NCBI GenBank assembly: GCA_951406725.2
Contig: OX597816.1
Span: 38,936,001 to 39,000,000 of the forward strand
DNA: 64,000 nucleotides
Direction of reading: 5' to 3'
Origin: Octopus vulgaris
Lineage: Eukaryota
The translations under genes were made by a program, and so were the position numbers. The notes beneath the pieces were generated by a model. It did not search any database, was not told where the DNA came from, and saw only the letters and a program-made list of their open reading frames with translations. Of the stretch, positions 51,823-64,000 are shown in pieces; position 1 is the stretch's first letter; each line of letters opens with the position of its first letter.

Positions 51823-54624
51823 ATGTCTGTCTACAGAATAGGTCATCCTGCGGCTCTGATCCCACTGAGTATCATTTGCCAAAAGTCCTGCATAATGGGA
51901 TTGACTCCAGGAACTACATGGCTCTAAATTGACCTTCTTAATCATATATATATACCTTCATCAAGTTGTTAATGTCAATTCACTAGCTAATATTAAATTC
52001 AGTGGTGCTTTTAGTTCCCTGTGTTTGTTTGTTCAATGTTTGTACAAGTAACACACTTGAACTTTGTTTCAATCTATCTAGCAGACAAGAACAAATACAA
52101 CATGAGTGTAAACTTAATTTGCTGACTGGTTTAACACTACACCTGGCATTTGCTGCAGTTATTAGAACTGGTTTCCAAGCTCTCTCCTTGTCATCACCTG
52201 TCTTAAAGCACTTGTCATCACCAGTCTTAGAGCTCTGATTTAAGCCATTAAAGAAACAAAAAAATAACTCTGCCTGTTCCAGAATAGCAATCAGATCTTG
52301 AGATGACACCTTCCCATCTTCCATATGACGAAAATTATTTAGTAGATATTGTGATCAATGAGCTGTAATGTTGTCATCACTTCTATCAACAAATCATCTG
52401 CTTGCTATATGCCTTTCAAACAATGTAGTTTATACTCCATGATTTCAAAGGATATTTTTCCTTTTTTTCAAACAAAGGATTTCTTAGGAAATCCCTTGTT
52501 TGAAAAAAAGCAAATGAAAATGGATTTAAAAACAAACAAACATATACACAGTAAATATGAAATTATTTTCACTGTCTTTTTTTTTTTTTCCCCCAATTTT
52601 AAAGTGTAAGGGGAAAGTGATTTGATTACTATTTCTAGCAAGTCAGATAATGCACACCACTAATTTGAAATCCACTGATTAAAAAAGACTTTTTGAAACT
52701 TTTCTGGCAAAACTGGAATTACTGCCATCAATTTTCAGTCATCATCATCTTCCAACATCCCTTTTCTGGGTTGGGATAGGTTAGACAGACAGTCTGACAG
52801 GCCTGAGGACTTCGTTGTGTTCCAGTGTCTGCTCTGGCATGGTTTCTTCTACTGGATGATCCTCCTGACACTAACCGCTTTACAGAGTGTACTAGGTGCA
52901 GAGAGACTACAAAAATATAGACAATTTTCATTATAGAATGTTTCTGCTTCACCCCTTTGATTAAATTTACAAGACTATGTTAGGATGAACTAAACATTAA
53001 TGAATTGCTTTTAATGAACTTTATTTAAAATGTATTTATAACATCCACATGGCACAGGCATGGCTGTGTGGTAAAATGTTTGCTTCCCAGCCAAGTAGTT
53101 CCAGGCATGTTCAGTCCCACTGTGTGGCACCTTGGGCAGGTGTCTTCTACTATAGACCTGGGCTGACCAAATTCTTGTGTGTGTGTGTGTGTGTGTATGT
53201 TACTGTCTCCTTGCTGTGATATTGCTTGATAGTTGTAAATGAGCATCACCATTAAGATGCAGTGTCCTTCATTTCCAGGGGAAATATTACCTTACTTGAA
53301 AACAGGTGAGGGTTGGTGCCAGGAAGGATTTCTGGTTGTAGAAAATCTGCCTCAACAAATTCTGCCCAACCCCTATGAACATAAAAAAAAATATGAGCTT
53401 CAGAACAATGATGATGGTGATGGTGGTGGTTTCATGGTTTAATCATTGCTACCAGTTCACTACTGTAATGCTAGCCTGTTCCTTGTTCATGAACCACATT
53501 CATCATCCAAAGGAAATGTGGAACTTTTGAGTAATGTTATATGTTTTGGGTTTCCATGGACAGCTGTAAGCAATCTATTGGCTTTTGTTTTAACAGCAAT
53601 GCAAGTAACAAGTCCATTCACATAGCCAGATATATAAATCTTTATCCGATTTTTCATATGGGGAGACAGTTTAACAGATTTTGTTTTGACATTTTCTTGG
53701 GTGATTTTTCTTGTTTCTACCATTTCCTTGCTGATTTTTCCACTACACTAAACTCTCTTTCATATGTTCAATAACATGCACTTTAAAACCACAATCTCAT
53801 ATCTTAGTCTTAAATTTTAGTGTTTATGGTTTAGTTTCTGGTCACCTTTTCCTATCATGAAATTAGGACCTCACTGAAACAATGACTAGTGACTGAGACC
53901 TTTAGCAATATGCCATGCTTGAGAAGACCCATCAAGTCATGACCAATACTGGTGTCACGTAACTGGCATGTGAAAAACACCTTTAATGCATTGGGCCTCA
54001 TGGAGGCAAGGTGGCTGATGCCAGTGGCATATAAAAAGCATCTTTCATGCATTAGGCCTCAAAGAGGCAATAACAAATGACCAAGACCTTTGGCATTATA
54101 CCATGCTTGAGAAGAAGACCCTTGAAGCCAAGTGAAATCATAGTCATGGTAGATACTGGTGTCACGCAACTGGCACCCATGATGGTGGCAAGTAACTGCA
54201 CCGATTATACTCTGAGTGATTGGAATTAGGAAGGGCACCCAACCGTAGAAACCATGCCAAATCAGACTGGAGTCTGGTGCAGCTCTCCCCCTCCCCCCAG
54301 CTTGCCAGCATGGACAACAGACATTAAATGATGATGATTATGAATAAAAGTTTTTTTCATCACTTTTGCCAAAAATCTTGGTGAATAAAAGTGAAAAGTT
54401 TAGACAGATATGAATGATATGACATGTATCATTACAGGTGCCTTTATTTTGTAGCATAGTCAAATTCTCCATAAGTAGAAAATTAGTTAATTGACTAAGT
54501 CCTTTTCTCTCCTTTACAACTATCCTCCACTGTTCTTGACTCTGGGGTGTCCTCTCCCAAGTCAATGATTCTGTAACTTTGCTTCTTTCTAGGTAGGGGT
54601 GTTGACCCTTCACTGACCCTTTTT

Positions 54625-54790
54625 TACCTCTGGGAAGAGGTGGTCCATAATACTCTGGCCACTATTCTTTGACCTGTCCAGCATGGGAAACCCTATCAGG
54701 AGCTTGTGCTCTGTTGATATAGGTCTCAGGGTCATTCAGGCACACAGGCTACTGCAGTGGCCCTTGTAGTGGATAAGCATAAAATTACCT
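54625..54790 (-). mobile_element. RTE LINE 5'-UTR fragment
   Basis: Minus: aatgaccctgagacctat...cctgatagggtttcccatgctggacaggtc...gccaga resembles the conserved 5' leader I recall from Expander/BovB-type RTEs. Confidence 0.5.
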
Positions 54791-56174
54791 TTTCTAGTAC
54801 CAATAGCTTTGCACTATGTGTATTGGACACACTTGATTATAGCATCAGTAAGACAAAGATTGTCTTGTGTCTAGTAAGACTAAAGAGCCCTCCATTCATT
54901 CACCAACCGTTTAACAGTGTGAGGGTTTATTTTATCATGGCACAAGCACTAGAGATGTTGCTTGTCACTAAAAAGATAAACACGTCCTTTGTTTTATGTC
55001 TCCCTTCATGTAAAAGAACCAGAGTGAGAGGGAGAGATTGAAGAGAGATTAATGGAAAAGAGAGACAGAGTGTGTGAGGGAGAGAGTGATAGACATTTAC
55101 ATGATTATCATCAAACAGATTGACTAGAAACATAAGTGGCATGATAAAGGAAGAGAGAGAGAGTGATATGAAAGAAGCAAGGTGATAGAATGGATAAACT
55201 AGAAGTGAGAAAGAGTGTTGTAAAATGGTAAAAGAAAGAATAATGGGAGAGAGCGAGAGCTAAAATAGCAATGCCAAAATGTCTCATATCCATGAGGAAG
55301 GTATCCTGAAACTGGCCCAAATGCTTGCAACAGAGTTGGTTCTGCTGAAGGTATCCAAGGTTCCAGGTACTGGTGTTAGATTGGGCAACAGGCCAAGTCT
55401 TTTAGTGTGTAATTTGAGAGATATTTGGCTGCTATTTCAGTCAAGGAACCACATAGGCACTCCTTTGTTTGCTCAGACTGATGCTTGTCATTATATTTAG
55501 TTAACCCTGCCTTGTCATCATTGTCATCACCTTGTCTTTGAATTTCTTGGAAAAGTGATGTTACAGCTACTTTACATCAGATTACAAAATAAAAAAAAAA
55601 TTGTTGAGAAGAATTATGCTTCACATAAATAATTAATTTGGTGTTTAATTGTTCAGTGGTAATTATTTATATTGACAGGAGGTTTGGTGGTTTCACAATA
55701 CTATCTTATGTAAAGAGTGCTTTCTATGTACACCCCTTCATCTTAACTGTCCTCCAGAGATCAATCAATATTCTTTCTATTCTTTTTTTCTACCTTTCCC
55801 TCCTTCCATCTCTCTCTCAATAACTGCCCCTCTCACATCTAACAGCATACAATTTTATGCTAATGATAAAATTTTCCATTACTTTTTGTTCGGATCACAA
55901 ATAGCATCTGCTCTAGGCTCAGACAGTTCTTGGATGTTCATGTACGACCTGTATGTGTGTATAGCATTCTCAAGCACTAAATCAAAAATTCTTAAATGTA
56001 ATAGTATAAATATTCTGCTTAATTTTATTTCATTTCATTTCATATCCTTGGAAAATATGAAGGCTTTCTGTACCTGTGTATAAATAAACTTAAGGAACAA
56101 TTAGTTCATTTTTTCTAACCAGCATTACTATTATGAATCCACTATTTTGTATACCACCCAAAACATTTCATTCC

Positions 56175-56205
<31 letters not shown>

Positions 56206-56215
56206 ATGTGTGTGT

Positions 56216-56519
56216 GTGGAGGCGCAATGGCCCAGTGGTTAGGGCAGCGGACTCGTGGTCGTAGGATCGCGGTTTCGATTTCCAGACCAGGCGTTGTGAG
56301 TGTTTATTGAGCGAAAACACCTAAAGCTCCACGAGGCTCTGGCAGGGGGTGGTGGCAATCCCTGCTGTACTCTTTCACCACAACTTTCTCTCACTCTTTC
56401 TTCTGTTGGCCTGCTCGCTTAGCCAGCGGGGTGGCGTCATTTGAAGGCTAAAACAATGCGAAGCTCATTGTGACCAGCGATGTGTAGCAACATCTGATAG
56501 CCTGGTCGGTCACGGTGAT
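56216..56519 (+). mobile_element. tRNA SINE, short-tail type (OR2-like)
   Basis: First ~180 bp equal the OR1-like head; different 3' tail ending ggtcggtcacggtgat. Confidence 0.88.
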
Positions 56520-56538
56520 ATATATATATATATATATA

Positions 56539-56756
56539 TAGTTAATCCAAACAAGAAAACACAGAAAAAAACACAGCAACGCGAGGACGTGGAACAATTA
56601 AAGTATTATTTGATGCTCAGGAAAGAAGGGAAGGAGGGTTTAACGTTTCGAGCGGAGCTCTTCCATGGAAACAAGGAGAAGGAAAGATCCCGAGAAGGGA
56701 AGACAGAGGAAAAAAATATTTTTGCTGGTGGTGCTCAAGAGATCACATGTTGAAAG
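56539..56756 (-). mobile_element. ~200-bp hammerhead-family element, core decayed
   Basis: Minus: gttt-CCATGGA-A-GAGC-tcc-GCTC-GAAACGTT-aaac; abuts (TA)n. Confidence 0.65.
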
Positions 56757-57378
56757 GCATGCATGTATGAATGTGTGTGTGTGTGTAGAAGTGCAGGTGT
56801 GGTGATAAGGTTAAGAAGTTGATTTTGCAACCATGTGATTTCAAGTTAGCAGATGATTTGTTGACAAAAGATCTCAAAATACATCACCCAGTGAAACCAA
56901 GCCACAAACAGTGACATCACTGCTTGTAACAGCCAAATAGTGATGTCACTGTCTGTAGCCACAACACAGTGTAGATTGTAAACACACACGCACAAATTTA
57001 GGTGCAAGATGGGTGTGTGGAATTGAGGTGGGAGTAATTGGGACATGAACACACACACACCATATACACATACACACACCAGTGTATCACCTAGACTAAA
57101 AGCTGTTGTTATACACCACAGATCACAGTGCACTTCCTCTATTTCTTGTGGCTTTCAAGTGATGCCACTTCACTGTCCAGGCAGGCAAACCAACATTCCT
57201 CATTTCCAAACAGAACAGCTGTCCATCACAGGGCAACCCATTTACAGCTGGGCAGACTGGAGCAATGTGAAATGGAGTGTTTCGCTCAATAACCCCCCCT
57301 CCCCCACTGCTAGTCTGGAAATTGAAACCATGATCTTCCTAATGTGAGTTCAACACCCTAATCACTAGACGATGTGCC

Positions 57379-57417
<39 letters not shown>

Positions 57418-57780
57418 TACAGTGGGCTTCTTTCAGTTTCCATCTATCAACTTAACTCACATTGGTAATTTTAGCATGATAGTACATGACACTTGCCTGG
57501 GTTCTTGTGCAGTGGGATTGAACCTAAAGCTACATAGTTGAGAAACAAATTTCTTAACCATGCTGTCATGCTTGCACCTATAATATATGAATATGTGTGT
57601 GTGTCTATAAAGCAAACTGGAATAAAATTGGCTTCAATGAAATGCATTTCATTGAAGCCAATTTTATTTCACATTCATTTGTCAATTTTATTTCACATTC
57701 ATCTGTCTGGAGATGGCCTTTGACAAAATTTTATGCTCTTTAGTTTAGTGATCATTAAGATAACTAGGTATAGATGAATG

Positions 57781-57997
57781 GCGGCGAGCTGGCAGAATCG
57801 TTAGCATGCCGGGCGAAATGCTTAGCGGTATTTCGTCTGCCGTTACGTTGTGAGTTCAAATTCCGCCGAGGTTGACTTTGCCTTTCATCCCTCTGGGGTC
57901 GATAAATTAAGTACCAGTTACGCACTGGGATCGGTATAATCGACTTAATCCGTTTGTCCTCTCTGTGTTTAGCCCCTTGTGGGTAGTAAAGAAATAG
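57781..57997 (+). mobile_element. Nin-like-domain tRNA SINE, full length with TSD
   Basis: Flanked by direct repeat taggtatagatgaatggc. Confidence 0.88.
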
Positions 57998-58203
57998 GTA
58001 TAGATGAATGGCTTGTAAAAGCCATGTATTAGGTTGGCAACTAAGTTCCTGCCATTTTTAAAATTTAAATTTTTTTAAAGGTTTAACAAAAAATAACTAA
58101 TCAATAATATATTAAACACATAGGCAAATGTAGTTTGTGCTGTATCAAAAGGGATAAAAAAGAAAAAAAGGACAGGATAAAGTCATAACTTTATTGCTTT
58201 TAA

Positions 58204-58425
58204 CCCTTTTGATACCAACCTGGCCAAAACCACCTCTGGCTCTGTAGTACAAATGTCTTATTTTCATAAGTATCAAATTAAAATCTTCCATCAAACTTAA
58301 GTCATAATTTATGTTCCCAACACTAGCTTAACGATTACTAAGTTCTTTTACTAAATTTTTTGTTATATTTATAATTAATTGAATGAAACACAGAGCACCT
58401 CAAAATAAATACGGTAATGAAAGGG
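58204..58425. mobile_element. piggyBac-type MITE with TTAA TSD
   Basis: TTAA-CCCTTTTGATACC...GGTAATGAAAGGG-TTAA; terminal gaaagggttaatc duplicated. Confidence 0.9.
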
Positions 58426-59730
58426 TTAATCTGAAAGGGTTAATCGTAGGTCTGCTTGAACAGAACTAACAGAGGACAAAGCAACACCATAACCTTCACT
58501 TCTACTTCACTTCCCTATAACACCCCTCACTGCATCCTTTTATTAGATCTGTCAAATACCACCCTTGCACCTTGTATTACCCTCAACCTCCATACTGTTC
58601 ACACTTTAGCCGATAAACATATTCATCCACTTCCATCCCAGCTCTAACCCCAACCAGCTTTGTAGGGGTCACAATTTCTCTCTTTCTTCCTTTCTCTTTA
58701 CAGCTGTAAAGAGAAAATAATGAATCAGCTACTGAAAATGTTTCTAGTTTTATTTGTATTTGGTTTTATTATTATGAGACACCAAATTTAGACCAGCTTA
58801 TTTTACAGCTCATTATCATTTCCTTTTTCTGAATCATTATTCAAGATTGATTATTCATCTTTACAGCAGTAATAGACTTTTTATTTTATTTTATTTTATT
58901 TATTTTATTTTTTTTATAAACCTGGGAATATACAGTATGTAAGGGCAACACATTTGACAGGATTCTTTTGTAGTATGTGAGCTGATATTGTTATGTTAGT
59001 TAAAAAAAGTTTGCTTTACAATCTTGTAGTTGTAGGTTCAATCCTACAGTTTGTTGCCATACCCAAATGTCTTCTGCTGCAACCTTAGGTTGATCAATGC
59101 CTTGTAATTCAAATTTGGCTAGAAACTGTAGAAGTTCTTCATGTGTGTGTGTATTTATACATGCATGCATATATGTATGTATGTGTGTATGTATAAATAC
59201 ACACACACACATGAAGAACAATTTTACATTAATGACCTTAATCACATAGCCAGCCAGCCATGCATGCATGCATGGCTGGCTTGCTGGCTGGCTATGTGAT
59301 TAAGGTCATTTTGCAACCACATAGTTTTTCAGGTTCATTCCCATTGTGCAGCACCTTGAGCAAGCCTCTTCTCATGCTCCAAGTCAATCAATGCCTTGTC
59401 AGTGAATTTGATTGATGGAAACTGTATTAAACTTCTATATTTATATATTATTCTCAAACAAGAATATCGTTGACAGTGACTCCAAAGTTTTGGCCATTTA
59501 AACTATTGTTAAATGATGGCCTAACTGGCCGGAACTTTGAAGTCACTGTCAAGAATATTCTTGTTTAAGAATAATAAATTTGTACTCTACAAAAGTATAG
59601 AGTAACCCATCAGATTAATGTAAAATTGTTTTTATTTTAACTGAACATAAAAACAAACATTAATCTACTATGCATGTAACTATCTATCTGTCAGTCTGTC
59701 TGTATGTATACATCTACATATATCAGTATG

Positions 59731-60034
59731 TGATCACCGTGACCGACCAGGCTCTCAGATGTTGCTACACATCGCTGGTCACATTGCGCTTTGCATTGTT
59801 TTAGCCTTCAAATGACGCCACCCCGCTGGCTTAGCGAGCAGGCCAACAGAAGAAAGAGTGAGAGAAAGTTGTGGCAGAATAGTACAGCAGGGATTGCCAC
59901 CAACCCCTGCTGGAGCCTCATGGAGCTTTAGGTGTTTTCGCTCAATAAACACTAACAACGCCCGGTCTGGGAATCGAAACCGCGATCCTACGACCGCGAG
60001 TCCGCTGCCCTAACCACTGAGCCATTGTACCTCC
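59731..60034 (-). mobile_element. OR2-like tRNA SINE with 16-bp TSD
   Basis: Reverse complement of the 56216 copy; TSD catatatcagtatgtg. Confidence 0.88.
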
Positions 60035-60659
60035 ATATATCAGTATGTGTGTGTATGTATATGTCAATATTTCACTTATCACTGGTTGAATGAATTGGTA
60101 CTGGTATTGTCATTATGAGCAGTTACTCTGTTCTTTTAAAGACCTGTATTAGAACTCCTAAATCCTTTACCTGAAAAATAAATAAGAGTTGGCTACAGGA
60201 AGATCATCCATCTGTAAAATCTTGCCTTGAAATTAGTTCCCATTCATGTCATGCTTGCATAGAAAAAAGTGGATGTTAAATAAAGAAGCAAATGATTTAT
60301 AGTATATATAAGCTACTTGTTCAGACAAATCACACTTGGGCATAGTTTGACTTGTTTGAAGAAGCGCACTTTAGAAACTCCAGAGTATCAGGCTGCTAGC
60401 TTAAATAAATTACTACATATACTCTTAAATTTGTTTTGAGTATTCATTTTCCATGTCATTACCCAATAATGGACATACATCCTCGTCATCATTTAACGTC
60501 CATTTTTCTTAGCGTGCAGGGGTCATATGGTATTCTTTGAGGCAGATTTGTTGCAGCTGGATGCCCTTCCTGTTACTAACCCTCACCTGTTTCCAGGCAA
60601 AGTAATATTTTTTCATGGCCAGGTGTGTTTTTCAAAGAAGGCAGGATATGAACAGCAGA

Positions 60660-61045
60660 AATATTAGCATGCCCAGCAAAGTGCTTAGCGGTATTTCGTC
60701 TGCCATTGCGTTCTGAATTCAAATTCTGCCAAGGTTGACTTTGCCTGTCATCCTTCCGGGGTCAATTAAATAAGTACCAGTTACGCACTGGGGTTGATAT
60801 AATCGACTTAATCCATGTGTCTGTCCTTGTTTGTCCTCTCTGTGTTTAGCCCCTTGTGGATAGTAAAGAAATAGGTATTTCGTCTGCCATTGCGTTCTGA
60901 ATTCAAATTCCACCGTGGTTGACTTTGCCTTTCATCCTTTCGGGGTCGATTAAATAAGTACCAGTTATGCACTGGGGTCAATGTTATCGACTTAATCCCT
61001 TGTTTGTCCTTTCTATGTTTAACCTCCTGTGGGCGATAAAGAAAT
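60660..61045 (+). mobile_element. Tandem dimer of Nin-like SINE
   Basis: ggtatttcgtctgccattgcgttctgaattcaaattc at 60690 and again at 60874. Confidence 0.8.
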
Positions 61046-61220
61046 ACAATGCTCATTTCAAACATCCTCTAATCTCTAGACAAAGGTGTACACACACACA
61101 CAATTAACTTTCAGTTCCTCTCTACCATATCCACTCACAAGACTATCATAGGCCTGGGGCTTGAGTGTAATTTGTAAACAAGAGCAGTACAGAATTTTGT
61201 TGTGTGTATTTCTCTCTCTC

Positions 61221-61262
<42 letters not shown>

Positions 61263-62109
61263 CACACATTATATGTATTTGTGTATTTTCATTTGTATTG
61301 TGAAATTGTTTATATTCTGCATAAAACAATGTCATCACATAGGCAGTGATAGTATACATCTGTTGCAAAAAAAAAAAAATTCCTTTGTTGTGTGGTTCAT
61401 CATTTGAAAGTTCTGAGGAATAAGTGTTTGAAAACGAAGTAAGAGTTGGTGATAGGAAGAACACCTGACTGTGGATTATTGCCCCACGGTCTCATCCAAC
61501 TTGTTAGAATGGGGCAGGAGTGGGCTAGAAAGAAAAAAAACATTAAAAATGATAATTTGGAAGTTTTGCTGTTCTCTTCATTAATTTGTTTTATTTAATA
61601 GATTTCAGTAATATTTATTCTGTCTGAGAAGGCCTGATGTTTTATATATCTATGTTCTTTAAGTCATTGACCTTGTTAAAAAATTTTAATATTCTATCTT
61701 TATGTTGACATTGGCATTATTTTCTATGGTTACAAAAGCAAGAGACTGCCAAGTAAATAGAACACAACTAATTTATAGTATCTATAAACTATCTTCAAAA
61801 ATAATTTATAATATCATACTGTCCTCAATTTCAATTCCTCCATTGTTTTTCCATGGTTGATATTGTCAACCTTACTTAATAAAATAGACACTCAGAATAC
61901 TTTTCTTCATGTTCTTCATATACTTTGCACATATTTCACAGGTATGTTTTTCATAGAAGGCTGGAAATGAACAGTATCAATGCTCATTCCAACCATCCTC
62001 TGATGCCTAGACAAAGGTGTGAACAACAACATACACACACACACACACACACACACAGAATTAACTTTCAGTTCCTCTCTACCATATCCACTCACAAGAC
62101 TATCATTTC

Positions 62110-62332
62110 TTCATCATCATCATCATCATCATCATTTAACGTCCGTTTTCCGCGCTAGCACGGGTTGGACGGTTCGACCGGGGTCTGGGAAGCCAGGGGC
62201 TGCACCAGGCTCCAGTCTGATCTGGCAGTGTTTCTACAGCTGGATGCCCTTCCTAACGCCAACCACTCCGCGAGTGTAGTGGGTGCTTTTTACGTGCCAC
62301 CTGCACAGGTGCCAGAGGGGTCTGGCATCGGA
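62110..62332 (-). mobile_element. RTE 3'-end element, young copy
   Basis: (cat)n tail and CpG-intact body. Confidence 0.85.
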
Positions 62333-64000
62333 AACCACTTCTTATGCCATGACTGGATGATCAAAGACAAAACAGCTCCTTTATTCAATGATATATCCTT
62401 TATACAAGTAGTGACTCAATTATTGGGTTGTGGCCATGCTGGAACACTGTCTTCAAAGCAATCAATCCCAGTGCCTTGTCTGAAGGAGCAAAGTTGACCT
62501 GAATGTTATTTGAACTCAGGACATAAAGAAGCATAACCAAATACTTCAATGTATTTGGTCTACCTATTCTGCCAAACCACAACTTCAGGTTTTTGTTTGG
62601 GGTAACATTTAATTTGGTGACTTGCCTTAGCACATCTTTCTATAAAGATCTAATCTTTACTGAAACATGCTCACTCATCTTCACTCTTATATCCTACAAA
62701 TGGCTGTAGAATTTATGGTTTATGTTTGGGGAATGCAGGAATTTGAATTGTATTTGAACGTTGCTGTTTAGCCTCAAATTTGACCTCATTGAACAGACCT
62801 ATGATCACAGGCAATCCATCCATGCTCATCCTGCCTTTATTCATATATAGTGTAATAGAGTTAGTAGAACGTAATACGAAGATTTGACTCTTATTTCTAG
62901 CTGATTGAGGCTCCCACGTTCTCTTAACCATTAGGGTGTTGTGTATTTGTGACTAATGTATATTTATTGTTATGTGTATTTTTATTTGCTTCTTTTATTT
63001 ATGGGTCATTATCATCATTGTTTAATATCCATTATCCATTCTGACATGGGTTGGACAGTTTGACAGAAACCAATGAGCCAGAAGATTATGCTTGGCTCCA
63101 ATGTCTGTATGTATGGCTATGTATATGACTGTATATGTGACTAACGTATATTTTGTAGATATGTGTGTGTATATGACTAATTTATGTTAGTAGGTGTGTG
63201 TGTGTGGACAATGTATATTTGTAGATATGTCTTTTACTTGTTTCAGTCAGTAGACTGTGGCCATGCTGGGGCACTGCCTTGAAGAATTTTAGTACAACCA
63301 ATCAACCCCAGTACTTATTTTTTAAAGCCTGGTGCTTATTCTGTTGGTCTCCTTTTCTGAACTGCTAAGTTACAGGGATATAAGCACACCAACACTGGTT
63401 GCCAAGCAGTGGCAGAGGACAAACATAGACACAAAGATGCACACACATAGATACACACACATATAAACATACATACACACACACACATATATATGTATAT
63501 ATGAGAGGTTTTGGTATCCAAAGGATCCAAAAGACAGGTAAGGCTATGTAAGTGCTACAGAAGGACTGCTGTTAGACTCCCATCATCATCATCATCGTTT
63601 AACGTCCGTTTTCCATGCTAGCATGGGTTGGACGGTTCAACTGGGGTCTGATCTGGCAGTGTTTCTACAGCTGGATGCCCTTCCTAACACCAGTTCAATA
63701 ATAATATGAGTGGGGAGTCTACCGCGAACGAACACCACATGGGATTAATATCTACATACTATCCATTTATAATAATACATACCATGGACAAGAAGCATCT
63801 TTACCCATTCTACACAGCACATTCCTTGGATAATAGAACTGCAACTGTAACATCCAACATATATTTTTATTTTTATTCTCTTATTTTCCTTTATACTTCC
63901 TACATCTCTCCCTTTCCAAAATAACTTCTTATATTTAACTCTACTATTTCCTTCTGTTTAGCTCTCTCATATCTTCTCTGATGATGGGATATCATTTATA

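Noticed and set aside
56216-56295. tRNA-like sequences (also ~8730-8804, 21560-21632, 59960-60034, 16490-16564)
   Set aside because: SINE heads continuing into SINE bodies, several with TSDs; no proper acceptor stem or terminator.
58028-58060. Mariner-like TIR ttaggttggcaactaagttcc
   Set aside because: Orphan end with no partner TIR or transposase sequence.

Overview
AT-rich, repeat-dominated eukaryotic DNA. The SINE families match what I recall of the octopus OK/OR1/OR2 tRNA-derived SINEs, so the source is most likely an Octopus genome (inference). Only one convincing host coding exon is present: about 20139-20571 (+), the first coding exon of a furin-like/kexin-family (S8) proprotein convertase. 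It carries a His/Gln-rich N-terminal extension, a signal peptide and the start of the prodomain, and ends at the conserved phase-0 intron after ...NLGQ. I did not find the next exon by eye, so the remaining ~43 kb is probably one intron. Everything else is tRNA-SINEs, RTE LINE fragments and their (GAT)n-tailed 3' ends, decayed mariner/Tc1/pogo/Tigger transposons, piggyBac and hAT MITEs, Helitron ends and very large (TA)n tracts. Nearly all ORFs in the supplied track are repeat artefacts. The main hidden signal is at least 5 apparently unrelated families of short non-coding elements, mostly next to microsatellites, that carry minimal type-I hammerhead-ribozyme motifs (CTGAnGA-A-stem II-GAAAC-palindrome-GTH). 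Several are built as foldbacks, like the pLTRs of Penelope-like elements or retrozymes. Perfect local palindromes are also unusually frequent. Repeat boundaries are read by eye and approximate (about +/-10 nt).
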